Below, piece by piece: positions 49,891 through 62,760 of a stretch of DNA of 64,000 bases. Source of the stretch: Octopus sinensis. Its lineage: Eukaryota. The stretch is from assembly GCF_006345805.1 (NCBI RefSeq), contig NC_043011.1, positions 24,812,464-24,876,463 of the forward strand. The letters run 5' to 3'. The first letter of the stretch is position 1. Every line of letters begins with the position of its first letter. The notes beneath the pieces are model-generated. The model searched no databases. It was not told the origin of the DNA and was given only the letters and a program-made list of their open reading frames with translations. A program made the translations under genes and the position numbers.

Positions 49891-50390
49891 TTATTATTAC
49901 ATTTGATAGAATAATCTGAATGCTAAAATATTAAGCCAGATCTGCCCAAACATCCCTGAAGATCGTAATAAAATCTGTAATCTTGATAGTAAGTGTAGTT
50001 AGATAATTTTATTCAGTGAAATTTTAATGCAATGTGGTAGACATTGAGCAACTAAATCAAATATTTTTCATTTACAGGTTTGAAAGTAATTTTTTTCACT
50101 AAAAGCTGAACATTTTCACAATCAAAATAAACTTTTCAAATACATTTATACGAGATTATTCACGAAAAGTGTGGAAAGGAATTTTATATTCCAAACTGTT
50201 TTTAAATCTTAGTTTGTATCATGACATAATGTAATTAAAAGCAATTTGTCAACTTGTTAATCAATAAATAAATTTCCTCTAATAATAATATTGGACTGAA
50301 CTATTATGTAATTAGAAGCAAAGATTTCCATTATATTTTAACACTAAGTATGTAATTGATTTCTCAGAAAATAACCATTAACCTTTTCAG

Positions 50391-50429
50391 CATCCAATGA
50401 AAACAAAGGAGAAATTTACATAGAACATG
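50391..50429 (+). CDS. ELMOD3: Candidate 39-nt symmetric ELMOD3 micro-exon
   Basis: ccttttcAG acceptor; G|GTAAGT donor; phase 1-1 and open: (S)SNENKGEIYIEH(G). Confidence 0.6.
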
Positions 50430-50757
50430 GTAAGTTTCTCAAATGATTTTTTTAATGTTCAGATATTGAATTTCAAAGTGAAAAAAAAAAAAGAAAAAGA
50501 AAAAGAAAAATTTGTCTATTGATCTATCACAAAAGTGAATGTGTTAAATGCCACTACTAAACAAAATTCAACTTCTTACTTACTAGTTGATCTACATATT
50601 GAAAATTAAATTTAAATTCAGAATGGTATTTTATCCAGTTCTCTACTGTTTTTGCCACTCAAACAACAAAAACATCAAAAGCAATAATAATGATTCCTAA
50701 CATTGGCACAAGGCCCTAACAGTTGGGGAGGGTATAATTTATTCAATTGACAAGTAC

Positions 50758-51400
50758 TTAACCCTTTAGCATTTAAACTGGCCATATCCAGCCAAGATAT
50801 TCTACCTGTTTTAGGTTCAAACTGGCCCGATCCTACCTCTTACACCTACCCACAATGTCATTCTAAAAATAAACAGTCACATCATCATAGTTTAATGTCC
50901 GTTTTGCATGCTAGATGGGTTCGAGGGTTCGACCGGGATCTGGGAAGCCAGGAGGCTGCACCAGGCTCCAGTCTGATCTGGCAGTGTTTCTACAGCTGGA
51001 TGCCCTTCCTAATGCCAACCACTCTGTGAGTGTAGTGGGTGATTTTTATGTGCCACTGGCACAGGGGCCAGAGGAGGCTGGCAACAGCAACAATCAGTTA
51101 GTGCTTTTTATGTGCCACCAGCACGGAAGCCAGCCAAGGCAGTGCTGGCATCAGCCATGTTCAGATGGTGCTTTTTACATGCCACCAGCACAGGTATCAC
51201 AACTACAATTCAATTTGATTTTTATTTTGATGTACTTGACTCAAGTAGGTTGCTCCATGATCCAAGTTATGCACCGCAGGCCATCCTACAATCCAAGGTA
51301 CTTTGAAATCTCAAAGTTACAAAATAATGCTTGAATAATTTTAAACAATGTAAATAAATAAACATTACATTTGACAGTAATTTGAATGCTAAAGGGTTAA
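50758..51400. mobile_element. piggyBac-type MITE (TTAA-CCCTTT...AAAGGG-TTAA) interrupted by a family A element
   Basis: TTAACCCTTTAGCATT and AATGCTAAAGGGTTAA ends. Relatives at about 22262-22423, 35398-35576, 35880-36050 and 49343-49934. Confidence 0.8.
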
Positions 51401-51467
51401 TATATTTTGTCATCCCTCTGTCAATTTTGATATCACCACACACATGGGGATATAGGCTTTCGTTTTA

Positions 51468-51499
<32 letters not shown>

Positions 51500-51535
51500 A
51501 TTCTATCTATCTATCAATTTTTCTACCCATGTATC

Positions 51536-51566
<31 letters not shown>

Positions 51567-51949
51567 GAGAAACAAAGTAGTGAAGGCTGATCTCAAAATA
51601 TTGAGCCTCACAGAGGAGATGACAAAGGATTGAGGTGATTGGCAATTCACTGTGCTCAAGAAGACCCATCTGTCACTCAAAAGTGAGATAAGGTTTAGAA
51701 ACTCTGTTGCTGTCATTTCACTTCTCATCTGCATTTTCACTATAGGCATTGATCTATGGATGTCCAAACAGATCATCAACTACATAAAATTCACCAGCCT
51801 GTGAAGGCCTGCTAAGGCCATGGACACTGTTCTTCCGCCTACAAATTATTAATTTAAAAACAAAGGGTCAGGTTTTGGGGTTTTGTAAGATGTTAAGATT
51901 GTCAAATTCTATACCTTTTCGTTACTTGGTGTATACTCAAGACATCCTG

Positions 51950-52290
51950 GTGAAGGTGCATGGCTAGTGGTTAGAGCATCAAGCTCACAATCATGAGGTG
52001 TGAGTCTGAATCCCAGACCGAGCTGTGTATTGTGTTCTTGAGCAAGTTATTTTATTTCACGTTGCTCCAGTTCACTCAGCTGTAGAAATGAGTTGCGACG
52101 TCACTGGTGCCAAGCTGTATCAGCCTTTGTCTTTCCCTTGTATAACATTGGTGGTGTGGAGAAGTGAGGCTGGTATGCATGTGTGACTGCTGGTCTTCCA
52201 TAAACAACTTTACCCAAACTTGTACCTCAGAGGGGTATTTCTAGGTGCAACTCTATGGTCATTCATGACTGAAAGAGGTCTTTGCCATTT
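51950..52290 (+). mobile_element. tRNA-derived SINE
   Basis: TGGCTAGTGGTTAGAGC A-box, degenerate B-box, TTGAGCAAG segment. Confidence 0.65.
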
Positions 52291-52844
52291 TAGTCAAGAC
52301 ATCTCACACTGTGTGTGTGTATGTTTGTGTGTCTGTGTTTGTACCCCCAACATCACTTAAAAACCGATGCTGGTGTGTTTACGTCCCTGTAACTTAGCGG
52401 TTCACTAAAATAGATTTATAGAATAAGTACTAGGCTTACAAAGAATAAGTCCTAGGGCTGATTTGCTCAACTAAAAGGCGGTGCTCCAGCATGGCCACAG
52501 TCAAATGACTGAAATAAAGTAAAAGAGTAAAAGAGTAAATCTAAGAACTACATTGTCTAACATGCTTTGCAGTTTTTAATTCATAAGTGTTTGCATGTAA
52601 CTTCATGAAGATTTGGCTACAATTTCTAGCTGGTCAAAACAACCTCATACAGACTCTCCCCTTTTGGGCCATGTGGGCATCAAATGCCATTTAGTAGGTA
52701 GAAAGACCCCACTGGCGGTTAGAGGCCGACTCACACACACATGCTACTTGTCCATCTGGTGTCTTGCAGGAAAGGAAGAAGGGCATAAAAAGATCACAAG
52801 TAAAACTCAGAACATATTCTAATTAGTTACTGTCTTTTTTCTAG

Positions 52845-52948
52845 GCAAAGGAGATGTTGGTTTGGATCCTCAACAAACACAGACACCAGACTTTGCTTTC
52901 CAAGAAGCCTTGCAGTATTTTCAGGGCCTTGACATGTCACATTTAAAG
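52845..52948 (+). CDS. ELMOD3: ELMOD3 coding exon
   Basis: KGDVGLDPQQTQTPDFAFQEALQYFQGLDMSHLK matches human ISFSEALQHFQTVDLSPFK. ctAG and AAG|GTAAAT sites. Confidence 0.9.
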
Positions 52949-53087
52949 GTAAATATCACTCTTTCTCCACTTGACTTCTCTCTCTCTCTCTCTCTCTCCA
53001 TCTCTATCTCTCTTTCTCTCTCTCTCTCTCTCTTATTCTCTCTTTCTTTCTCTCTTTTTCTGATGGTAATGGTGATATATATATATT

Positions 53088-53500
53088 TCTTTTACTTTTA
53101 TTTCGTTTACTTGTTTCAGTCATTTGACTGCAGCTATGCTGGGGCATCACCTTGGAGGGTTTTAGTCAAGCAAATCAACCCCAGGACTTATTTTTTATGC
53201 CTAGTACTTATTCTGTCAGTCTCTTTAGCTAAACCACTAAGTTATGGGGATATAAACACACCAATCCCAGTTGTCAGGCGGTGATGAGGGTACAAACACA
53301 GACGGAAACACAGACACACACACACACACACACATGCAACAGTATTTCAGTTTCTGTCTACCAAATCCACCCACAAGGCTTTGGTCAGCCCAAAGCTATA
53401 GTAGAAGACATATGCCCAAGGTGCCGCACAGTGGGACTGAACCTGGAACCATGTGTGGTTGGGAAGCAAGCTTCTTACCACACAGCAACACATGCACTTA
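53088..53500 (-). mobile_element. SINE family B
   Basis: Reverse complement of family B; inverted relative to the half copy at 52310-52535. Confidence 0.82.
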
Positions 53501-53622
53501 GTATGATCTAAAATCCATGTAGCTTGATATGTGTGCAGTACAATTGTAGCTTGTCTTGCTTCTTCCTTACAAACATTGCCAATCAAACTATTCTTCATTT
53601 TTAAAAATAATTCTGTATTGTG

Positions 53623-53655
<33 letters not shown>

Positions 53656-54131
53656 TCATCATCATCATCATCATCGTTTAACGTCCGTTTTCCATGCTAG
53701 CAGGCTCCAGTCTGATCTGGCAGTGTTTCTACAGCTGGATGCCCTTCCTAATGCCAACCACTCCATGAGTGTAGTGGGTGTTTTTTACGTGCCACCGGCA
53801 CAGGAGCCAGAGGAGGCTGGCAAACGGCCACGATCGGTTGGTGCTTTTACATGTCACCGACACGGATGCCAGTCAGTCGGCACTGGCATCTGCCATGTTT
53901 GGACAGTGCTTTATACGTGTCACTGGCACGGATATCTCAACTACCATTTCCATTTGATTTTTATTTTGATGTTGGTGTTGACGTACTTTACTATAGTCAA
54001 GACTATTGAAAAGGTTGCAAGATGCAATGAAAATTTTAGGAAAATAAAAATAAGAAATAAGTGGAAATTTTACTGATGAGTGTGTTACATTATAAGGCAC
54101 AAAAAGAAAATGACTCACCCCAGACACAACA

Positions 54132-54166
<35 letters not shown>

Positions 54167-54246
54167 CACACATACATAATACATTTTGGTTTACTTCAAG
54201 TAAAATGTCACTAAAAATTTGTCCTTTCTCTTTTTTCTCAATTCAG

Positions 54247-54493
54247 GACAAAATACACATGTCTATTGAACGGAAAGGGTTGTCAGTTCTGTCTAATTTT
54301 CTGTTCGGTCCTCCCAAACTGTCACGTAATCTTCTACCATCAAAAGAATTTGTTTTCTGTCTTGCTGCCACTAACTTTGATAACCAGGACCAAATCCACC
54401 TGAAGTCTCTTTTTGCTGTGTATCGCAATTTAACTGGACGCAAAATAAACTGCAGTCGTTATGGATATCATTGGGAAGAGATTGGTTTCCAAG
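54247..54493 (+). CDS. ELMOD3: ELMOD3 coding exon (start of ELMO domain)
   Basis: FLFGPPKL...YRNLTGRKINCSRYGYHWEEIGFQG matches YLFGPPKL...[25 protein letters not shown]. ttcAG and G|GTATGT sites. Confidence 0.95.
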
Positions 54494-55989
54494 GTATGTT
54501 TGCCTAAGTACTTTTACTTATTTCAGCCCGAAGCTGTGGCCATGATGCAGCAAACTAAGCATATTGAACATCCTCTAAGCGAGAACAATTAACTGGTTGC
54601 TGTGAATAACCATTGCTTTTTTCTTATATAGTAGTTTTTAATAAGTTAGTCAACAGAGAAAGAGGAGTTTAGGTAGTATTCATGAAGTTTTCTACCAAAC
54701 CTTCTAAGACTGGTATGAAATAATTGATGCAGATGATGCTTAAGGAGACTCGTCCTCCACAGCAGAAGTGTTAAGGCTGCACTCCCTGGTGAAGAGAATT
54801 GGCCCGGAAGAGTCTTGTGCTGGTGCCACATAAAAACCTGGTGCAACTCTCCAGCTTGCCAACTCAAGTAAAACAGTCCAACCCATGCCAGCCTGGAAAA
54901 CGTATGTTAAAGGAGGAGGAGGTGGAGGGTCCTACTGCTGCTGCCACCACTGCTGCTACCTCCAAATCTATACAATTTTCAGGTAAATATCTGCAAGAAA
55001 AATGTGGGAAAAGAGAGATGGACCCAAATTTCTTAGTCTGACTACTTGCAAAGAGTAAATTATGCTGAATGCCAACCAAAGGAAAAGTTTAGGGAGGTTG
55101 ATTGGTAGATATGGTATTAGCATTATACAAACAAAAGTGCCTTGAATGTACCTCTCTCTACATTCAGGTTTCAAGTTCTGCCAAGGTTGATTTCGACTTT
55201 CCCTCTTCCAGAAGCCAAAACACAATCATCATCATCATCATCGTTTAATGTCTGCCTTCCATGCTAGCATGGGTGGGACTATAGTACCAATAAAATAGTA
55301 AGGTCAACTTAGTTGCCTATTTCCACCATCCATCCCCAGTTTATAGACTTAGGGGTTCACTAAAAATAAATATCTAATAACTAAATATTTAGTGGTTTCA
55401 TGTGACCTTTTTTTCTTGTGACAAATTAGAATCATCTGTCACAATGTTTTCATACCCTAGTGTATTTATCTCCCCATCCACTTCTTCCATTCCTCACTCA
55501 CTATTCTCTCTCATATTAACCTTGTACCTTGATGGTTTACTCTCACCATCACTCTCTCTTTCCAGCTGGAGAAGCCACATGTTCTCCTCTTCTGCAAGAC
55601 ATCTATTCCGGTCCCTTTGCAATACTTTCACCTCCTTCAATACTATACTCTGTTCAGTTGAGGAGATCTTCTCTTGCAAGTACTTGGTGACCTCTCTAGT
55701 GCTGGTGCCACAGAAAAAAGCACCCCATACATTCTGTAAAGTGGTTGGTGTAGAAAGCATTCCAAACAGACATTGAAACTGGGTGCTGGCCTCTGGCTCA
55801 TCAGTTTCTGTCAAACCATCTAACCCATGCCAGCATGGAAACAGGGACATTAAATGATGATGATGATGATGATAATGATGATGACGACGACAACGATGAC
55901 GACGACATTGATGACAATGATGACGACGATGATGGTTGTCTTCATTTTTGGTTTTTATTATTTTGGTCTTCATTATTTTGTTGCTTTAG

Positions 55990-56120
55990 GTACTGATCCA
56001 TCAACTGATTTGCGAGCTGTTGGTCTTCTTGGGCTCCTGCAACTTCTCTATTTAACTTCAAAGCCTCAGCTAAGTAACCTAAAAGAGAAAATGTACAGTT
56101 TATCATCTCACAAGACTCAG
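55990..56120 (+). CDS. ELMOD3: ELMOD3 coding exon with the catalytic Arg (TDLR)
   Basis: TDPSTDLRAVGLLGLLQLLYL matches the ELMOD GAP motif PxTD(F/L)RGxG. tttAG and CAG|GTATTG sites. Confidence 0.95.
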
Positions 56121-56446
56121 GTATTGATGACAATCTCTACATTTTTTTCTATATCACATGCACACACACAACGGTCATGTGAGAAGAGAAGAGAGAGAAA
56201 AAGAGGAATAAAGGAATTAAGGAGGGGGAGAAGAGAGAGAGTATGTGTGTAGAAGTAAATAGACAGAAGAATCAAGGAGTGGGGAAAAAAAAAAGAGAGA
56301 GACAGGGACATAGTGAAGTGAAAAGTGAGTAAGAAAGGCAAAGAAATGTGAGAGAGAGGGGAAGAAAGAGTTGAAAAAGTTGTACAAAATTTAGTGAAAT
56401 AAGTACTTAAATATAAGAGAACAAAGTGTACGTACACCACTATACA

Positions 56447-57150
56447 TATATATAAAATAAAATACGAAATGGGACAAGAACGCAAAACATCCGGACAACT
56501 AGGTGATACAAAAAGGGACAACAAAACATCCAGATAAACGATACAAAAAAACAAGGATGGGTCATTTGAAGCCTTTTATCTTCAGTCAAGAACCGGATCA
56601 TCCTCGCAATTTCGGCTGATTAATCTTGAGATTGCTCCAATCTGGCCAACTGCTAGCCCTTTTGTGTCTGACCACAGTCACTGCCACATCGACATTCCTC
56701 CCTCTGCCGTAAAGCTTCATTTCCACACAAGCCAGCTGAATTCAATTCGTCCCCAGTCGAAAGACGCCTGTTGTTATGTCCTGTTATTATTATCATTATT
56801 ATTATTATTATTATTGTTGTTTTTATTGTAGTTTTGTATTTATATTCATGTAACATTGTCTGTTTTTCTGTCCTTGTTTTCGTATATATTTGATGCTTTT
56901 TTCCAAGGAATCTAATGCACTTTGCTTAGTTTTTCCTTGGGGCTGGCCAGATTGGAGCAATCTCAAGATTAATCAGCTGAAATTGCGAGGATGATCTGGT
57001 TCTTGACTGAAGATGAAAGGCTTTGAATGACCCGTCCTTGTTTTTTTGTATCGTCTATCTGGATGTTTTGTTGTCTCTTTTTGTATCACCTAATTGTCCA
57101 GATGTTTTGCGTTCTTGTCCCATTTTGTATTTTATTTTTTATATATATAT
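56447..57150. repeat. Fold-back element, about 200-bp arms with a 295-nt spacer
   Basis: 56447-56648 is the reverse complement of 56944-57150, in the ELMOD3 intron between the exons ending at 56120 and starting at 57390. Confidence 0.88.
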
Positions 57151-57389
57151 AAACATTGTACCATTATACCATTGGCAATTTCTTTTCCATCTTTTGACTT
57201 TTTCCTTTCTCCTTTCTGGTGAAGAGCTATGCTCAAAATGTCAAACTCTCTTCTTTCACTGAGCATCAAGCTAATACATTTCATGTGCATGTCCTTATAT
57301 TTGTTTTTTTTTCATTTTTTATTCATTTATTTGAATTGACTATAAATATATGTACACATACATAAGGATGTATATTGCATTTTTTAAAG

Positions 57390-57466
57390 CATTTTCCATT
57401 CTGTGTCATGAGTCTGAATGCTACTAAAATGGTGCTTCAAGCTTTGAGGACTGATCGACTGAACAA
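57390..57466 (+). CDS. ELMOD3: ELMOD3 coding exon (not in the ORF track)
   Basis: HFPFCVMSLNATKMVLQALRTDRLN matches human [25 protein letters not shown]. aAG and AA|GTACGT sites; phase 0 to 2. Confidence 0.92.
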
Positions 57467-57701
57467 GTACGTTGATTTTTTTGACTATTTCATATTGTCC
57501 TTCTTTTCAAAACTTTTTTGATTTTGCCTGATTAAACCAATGTCCCTCTCTTTTATAAGTTTCAAATTATAATAGGTCATGATGCTTTTACCAAATCCTT
57601 GGTGGGGTATTATAGATTAACTAGGTACAGAATGATCAGATTTAATGAATTTGCTTCTGCCAGCCAACCATATGTGAATTAATTCTGAAATAATAGTTAC
57701 T

Positions 57702-58135
57702 AGGCACATGCATGGCTGCTTTGTTAAGAAGTTTGCCTCCCAACCATGTGGTCTTGGGTTCAGTCCCACGTCACAGTACCTTGGGCAAGTGCCTTCTACT
57801 ATAGTCTTGAATCAACCAAAGCTTTGTGAGTGGATTTGGTTGACAGAAATTGAAAGAAGCCCATCTTATACACATATATACATGTGTGTCTGGGGGGTGG
57901 GCGGTGCATGTGTGCATATGTGCACATACATGTCTGTGTTTGTGTTTGTCCCCCACTACTATTTGACAATTGATGTTGGTGTGTTTACATCCCTATAACT
58001 TAGTGGCTCAGCAAAAGAGAACAATAGACTTAAAAAAAAAAAATAAGTACTAGAGTTGATTCACTTGTCTCAAAGTTCTTCAAGGCAGTGTTCCAGCATG
58101 GCCACAGTCTAACACCTGAAATGAGTAAGAGAGAG
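57702..58135 (+). mobile_element. SINE family B
   Basis: Colinear and diverged; a further 5' half follows at about 58280-58435. Confidence 0.8.
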
Positions 58136-58740
58136 TTATGGGAAGATGTAACATCTGCTTCCACAAATTCCATCTGACCCATACAAGCATGGGAAACAGA
58201 CATTAAATGATGATGATGCTGATGATGATGACTGGTGTGGCCGTATGAATGAAATAGATCCTTCAAGGCTGCTGTGTAGACTACCATGGTTGTGTGGTAG
58301 AAGTTTGCTTCTCAACCATATGGTTCTGGGGTTCAGTCCCACTACATGGCATCTTGAACAAGTGTCTTCTGTGGCTTCAGGCCAACCAAAGCCTTGTGAA
58401 TGGATTTGGTAGATGGAAATTGAAAGAAGCTCATTGCATGAATTGTATATATATGTATGTGTTTATATATGTATATAGCATCATCATCATCATCGTTTAC
58501 TGTCTGCCTTCAATACTGGCATGGTATGGATGATTTGACAGGAGCTGGCCAGGTAGAAGCCTGCACCAGACCTCTGTGACTGTTTTGGCAGGGTTTTTAT
58601 GGCTTGATGCCCTTCTTAATACCAACCACCCAGCAGAATTGACTAAGTGCTTTTTACATGGCACAAGTACAGGCAAGGTCAGTTTTAGCAAGGATTTTAC
58701 AGGTGGATGCTCTTCCAAAACACCAACTACATTACAGTGT

Positions 58741-59591
58741 GGATGGTGTTGCCATAGTAATGAAGCTAAAGCACACAGAGTGAAGCTGCTTGGCACAGAT
58801 TGACCTTCAACTCTGTTGTGCATGTGCACTAAGTTTTAACATTCTAGCTCACTTCCTCTGTTTACAGCAGTGCTTGGAAGGAAGGTGTGTAGCGTGGGAT
58901 TGTTGCATTCACCATGACAGAAAGTTGTCATGGTGATACCTGTCCAGAGGCCTATACAAAGTTGCAGAAAGTGTATGAAGAGGAGTGTATGGGCTACATA
59001 TAAGTGTATGAGTGGTTCAGATGTTTCCAAGATGGCTGAAAGTATGTTGATATTGATGAACGTTCTGAGAGATCTGCAACCAGCAGAACTGAGAAAACCA
59101 TCACAGATGTGTATGCAGCTTTGAGGGGTAATTGTCAGATCACCATCTGTGAGTTATCAGAGGATGTGCAGATTAGTTACGGTTCCAGTCCATTATCACT
59201 GAAGATTTAGGTATGAGACATGTGTCTGCCAAGTTTGTGCCAAAACTGCTCTTTCAGCTGACCAAAAAGACACTCAGGTTTCAGATCTCCTTGATTGTGT
59301 TGAGAACAATGAAAACTTATTGAAAACTTTGCGTAGGCCTCTAAACAGATATCACCAAGCTTTTGGCAAAATTTGATGCAGATTTTCTCCTCAACGGTCA
59401 ATGTGACAGTCACACGTTACACACATTCCTTCCAAGCAGTGCTGTCTACAGCAGAAGTGAGCTAGGACATTAAAATATAGTGCACTTGCAGAGCAGAGTT
59501 GAAGGTCAATCTGTGCCAAAGTACTTCACTCTGCATGTTTTAGCTTCATTACTATTGCAACAGTCCAGATACTTATTGATCAGACCATGTA
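58741..59591. mobile_element. Mariner relic with two convergent 5' ends
   Basis: + strand remnants VYEWFRCFQDG, ITICELSEDV and LGMRHVSAKFVPK; - strand ICIKFCQKLG; inverted terminal segments of about 250 bp. Confidence 0.8.
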
Positions 59592-60597
59592 TATTCAATT
59601 AAATTAAATCAAGGATATAAAATCCTTTTAAAGGGATGTCAGCATCCATGTTCACTGGTTTTATCCAGTGTCAGTGAAAAACCAAAGATGTTAGTTTCAC
59701 ACTGATGGACATGGGTATAAATCGTTTAAGTAATAGAAAAAGAAAACGGAGAAACTGATGTATAGACATCAATTTATTTGAACATAATCAATTCTGTACA
59801 ATATCAAATTCCTTGCTCCTACACCTGTCACCATTCCCAATTAATTAAATTTGAGAAATTAAATTAAATTAAATTAATTTAAATTTTCATGTCAAATATC
59901 ATTAATTGGGTATTTCTTCAGGGGAAGAATTTGATAAAAAAGGAGCTACACTCAATATGTTGGTTGATCCTTGATTGACTCAGATATGTGCATTTTAGCA
60001 ACCAATGTATTTAAAAAAAAACATTATTAATGTATGTGTATATGCAAATTTGTTTAATACATCTGAGCGCGTGCATGTGTAATGTGTTGAAACAAACCAA
60101 GATTATCCGTTAGTTAGTTTAAATGATACGATTACTTTAACTGGAGCTAAAAGCATTGATTATAATTTACCTTATTACCTATGGTAGATCAATGTCACTA
60201 AAGTAGTTAATCACCTAAGAAATTTATTATATGTTACCCAATTGCATTCTAGAAATTATAGTTAACCTAAAGATTATTATAATTAATGTTACTATTTATT
60301 TAAATTTTAAGATTATAGTTACGAATATATAATATTCTTTATGCTTTTTTGCAAGCATGAATTAAAGTGTTGAAAGTTACGAAACAATGATGAATCAAAT
60401 GCTGCTTACTGATTACCATATTTGAATATGATGTCACCAATATTTGTGCATAATGTATTTATTTATTGTGAGAATAGAAATCAACGATTTAATTAAGGAA
60501 AACATAAATGTTAACAAATCAAAATAAAATGAAAAACTTAAAAATTAAAAATTAATAAAATCAAAACCCTTATTAGATTAATTCACTGTATTCTTTT

Positions 60598-60990
60598 ACT
60601 TTTTTACACTTTTACTTGTTTCAGTCATTTGATTGTGGCCATGCTGGAGCACCACCTTTAGTCAAGCAAATCGACCCCAGGAGTTATTCTTTGTAAGCCT
60701 AGTACTTATTCTATCAGTTGCTTTTGCCAAACTGCTAAGTTACAGGGACGTAAACACACCAGCATCAGTTGTCAAGCGATGTTGGAGGTGCAAACACAGA
60801 CACACACACATATACACATATATTTACTTATATGCAACGGGCTTCTTTCAGTTTCCGTCTACCAAATCCACTCACAAGGCATTGGTCAGCCCAAGGCTAT
60901 TGTAGAAGACACTTGCCCAAGGTGCCACGCAGTGGGACTGAACCCGGAACCATGTGGCTCATAAGCAAGCTACTTACCACACAGCCACTC
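60598..60990 (-). mobile_element. SINE family B
   Basis: Reverse complement; an inverted partial copy lies at about 61290-61500. Other partial copies are near 5235-5500, 14630-14755, 27905-28090 and 34090-34350. Confidence 0.82.
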
Positions 60991-61779
60991 TTAACTTAAA
61001 TTTATTAGTTGTTATATAATATTAATCACATATTCCTGAGATATGTACTTAATTTAAATTAAAGTTTTAGTAAACCATACATAATAATATAGTAACCGGT
61101 AAGTAATATTTGTAATCATATTTACCACTTAATTAATATTTTAATATTAATATATCTACTAAGAATTATTTAATCTATTTAGGTACAGATGTTAGTATAT
61201 TAATCATGAGATACTGTCTGATTCAAAGTTCCAGTAATCTTTCTATTATAATTAATTTTATTTTTAATTATAATGGCAGTTTTTGTATGTGTGTTATGTG
61301 TGTGTGTGTGAGTCTTTGTATCTGTGTTTGTCCCCCACCACTGCTTGACAGCTGGTGTTGGTGTGTTTATATCCCTGTAACTTAGCAGTTCAGCAAAGCA
61401 GATCATTAGAATAAGTTGATTCATTTGATGAAAATTCTTCGAGGTAGTGCTCCTGCGTGGCTGCAGTCTAATGTCTGAAACAAGTAGAAAATAAAAGATA
61501 AAATATCTCCTATCGCAAGAATAGAAGATACACAAAAGAACACTCAAAAAGATTTGGCATTATTGTCACACAAATAATGTGGTTTGTTTCCAGACTGGTC
61601 ATTGTTTGGTCATGATAAATATTACCTTGCTTGGAAGCAGGTAAGAGTAGTTGACAGGAAGAGCCATCAACTGCAGCAAATCTGCCTCAACAAATTCTGT
61701 CTTACCCATGCAAAGATAGAATCATAGATGTTAAATGATAATGATGATATGATGATGTTGATGATGATGACTTCCTGAG

Positions 61780-62760
61780 TTTGTGTGTGTTGCAGAGGTC
61801 TTCTTCAGTGCATCATTTCACTATTTGTGCAGTCCTTTGTCATCACCATCATATGGTTCAGCTTCTTGAGATCAGCTTCCACTACTTATTCCCATGTCTT
61901 CCCTTGGTTTTCTTCTTCCATAGATTCCTTACATTTGAATCATTTGGCACATCTCTCCACAAATGTCATTCTCTCTATGAATCACTTAATCTTTTCTCAT
62001 CTAATTCTTCCTATACCATACATCTAATTCCTTCCATATCAGTTTTCTACTCAGTTCATTTATGCTCGTAATTCCTCCTCACTAACATTACACATCCCAT
62101 AGAGCATGCTTTCCTGATTTCTTTTCAACTTCCACACATACTCTATATTCAATGCTCATCATGCAACATCACACTTCAACAACAAACATCATACAATCTG
62201 CACTCTATATTTAGGAGAGAAACTTATTTTGGTTTTCCAAAGTAGTAACTTCCTTGACCTTCTCTCTCCTGTTCTTACCCTGGCTACTAAGCTTCCTAAA
62301 CACCCTCTTCCACAGCTAAATAAGTTACCTAGGATACAGAAGCAAACAACCTCTTCTATGGGGCCTTCTGAGCATTTGGAAAAAAGAACTATTGATGATC
62401 TTATTGCTGATCTGATTTGTGATCTTATTGCTAACTTCTCTTTATCATCTGCTACATACATACTTCTTCTCTGTTATCTGCTTATGGTTCCACTACATCT
62501 TTACATGCCCCCATACTTTATATTAAGTACACAGTATGGAATTCCTATCCACTTCTTTTTTGCATATTGATCATAGCCTCTTCCCACATGGCAGTAATAG
62601 AGACCTGTCTTCAAAACTTTGTCTTTGCTAAGCTTACTTTAAGCTTTCTTGATTAAAGGCTTTACTTCAACATTTCTCTAACTCAACGACTGCTTCCAGT
62701 GTGAGAATTAGGCCATTGGCTTACGTAAGTTTCTATAAACAACAGGTTTTTAAGCTTCTC
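61780..62760 (-). pseudogene. Highly decayed LINE (RTE-like) fragment
   Basis: Broken frames resembling a RT C-terminus; weak similarity only. Confidence 0.45.

Noticed and set aside
57005-57040. CTGAAGA...GAATGACCCGTC read as a hammerhead in the 56447 fold-back
   Set aside because: GAAA is GAAT or AAAT in the two arms, and there is no stem I pairing.
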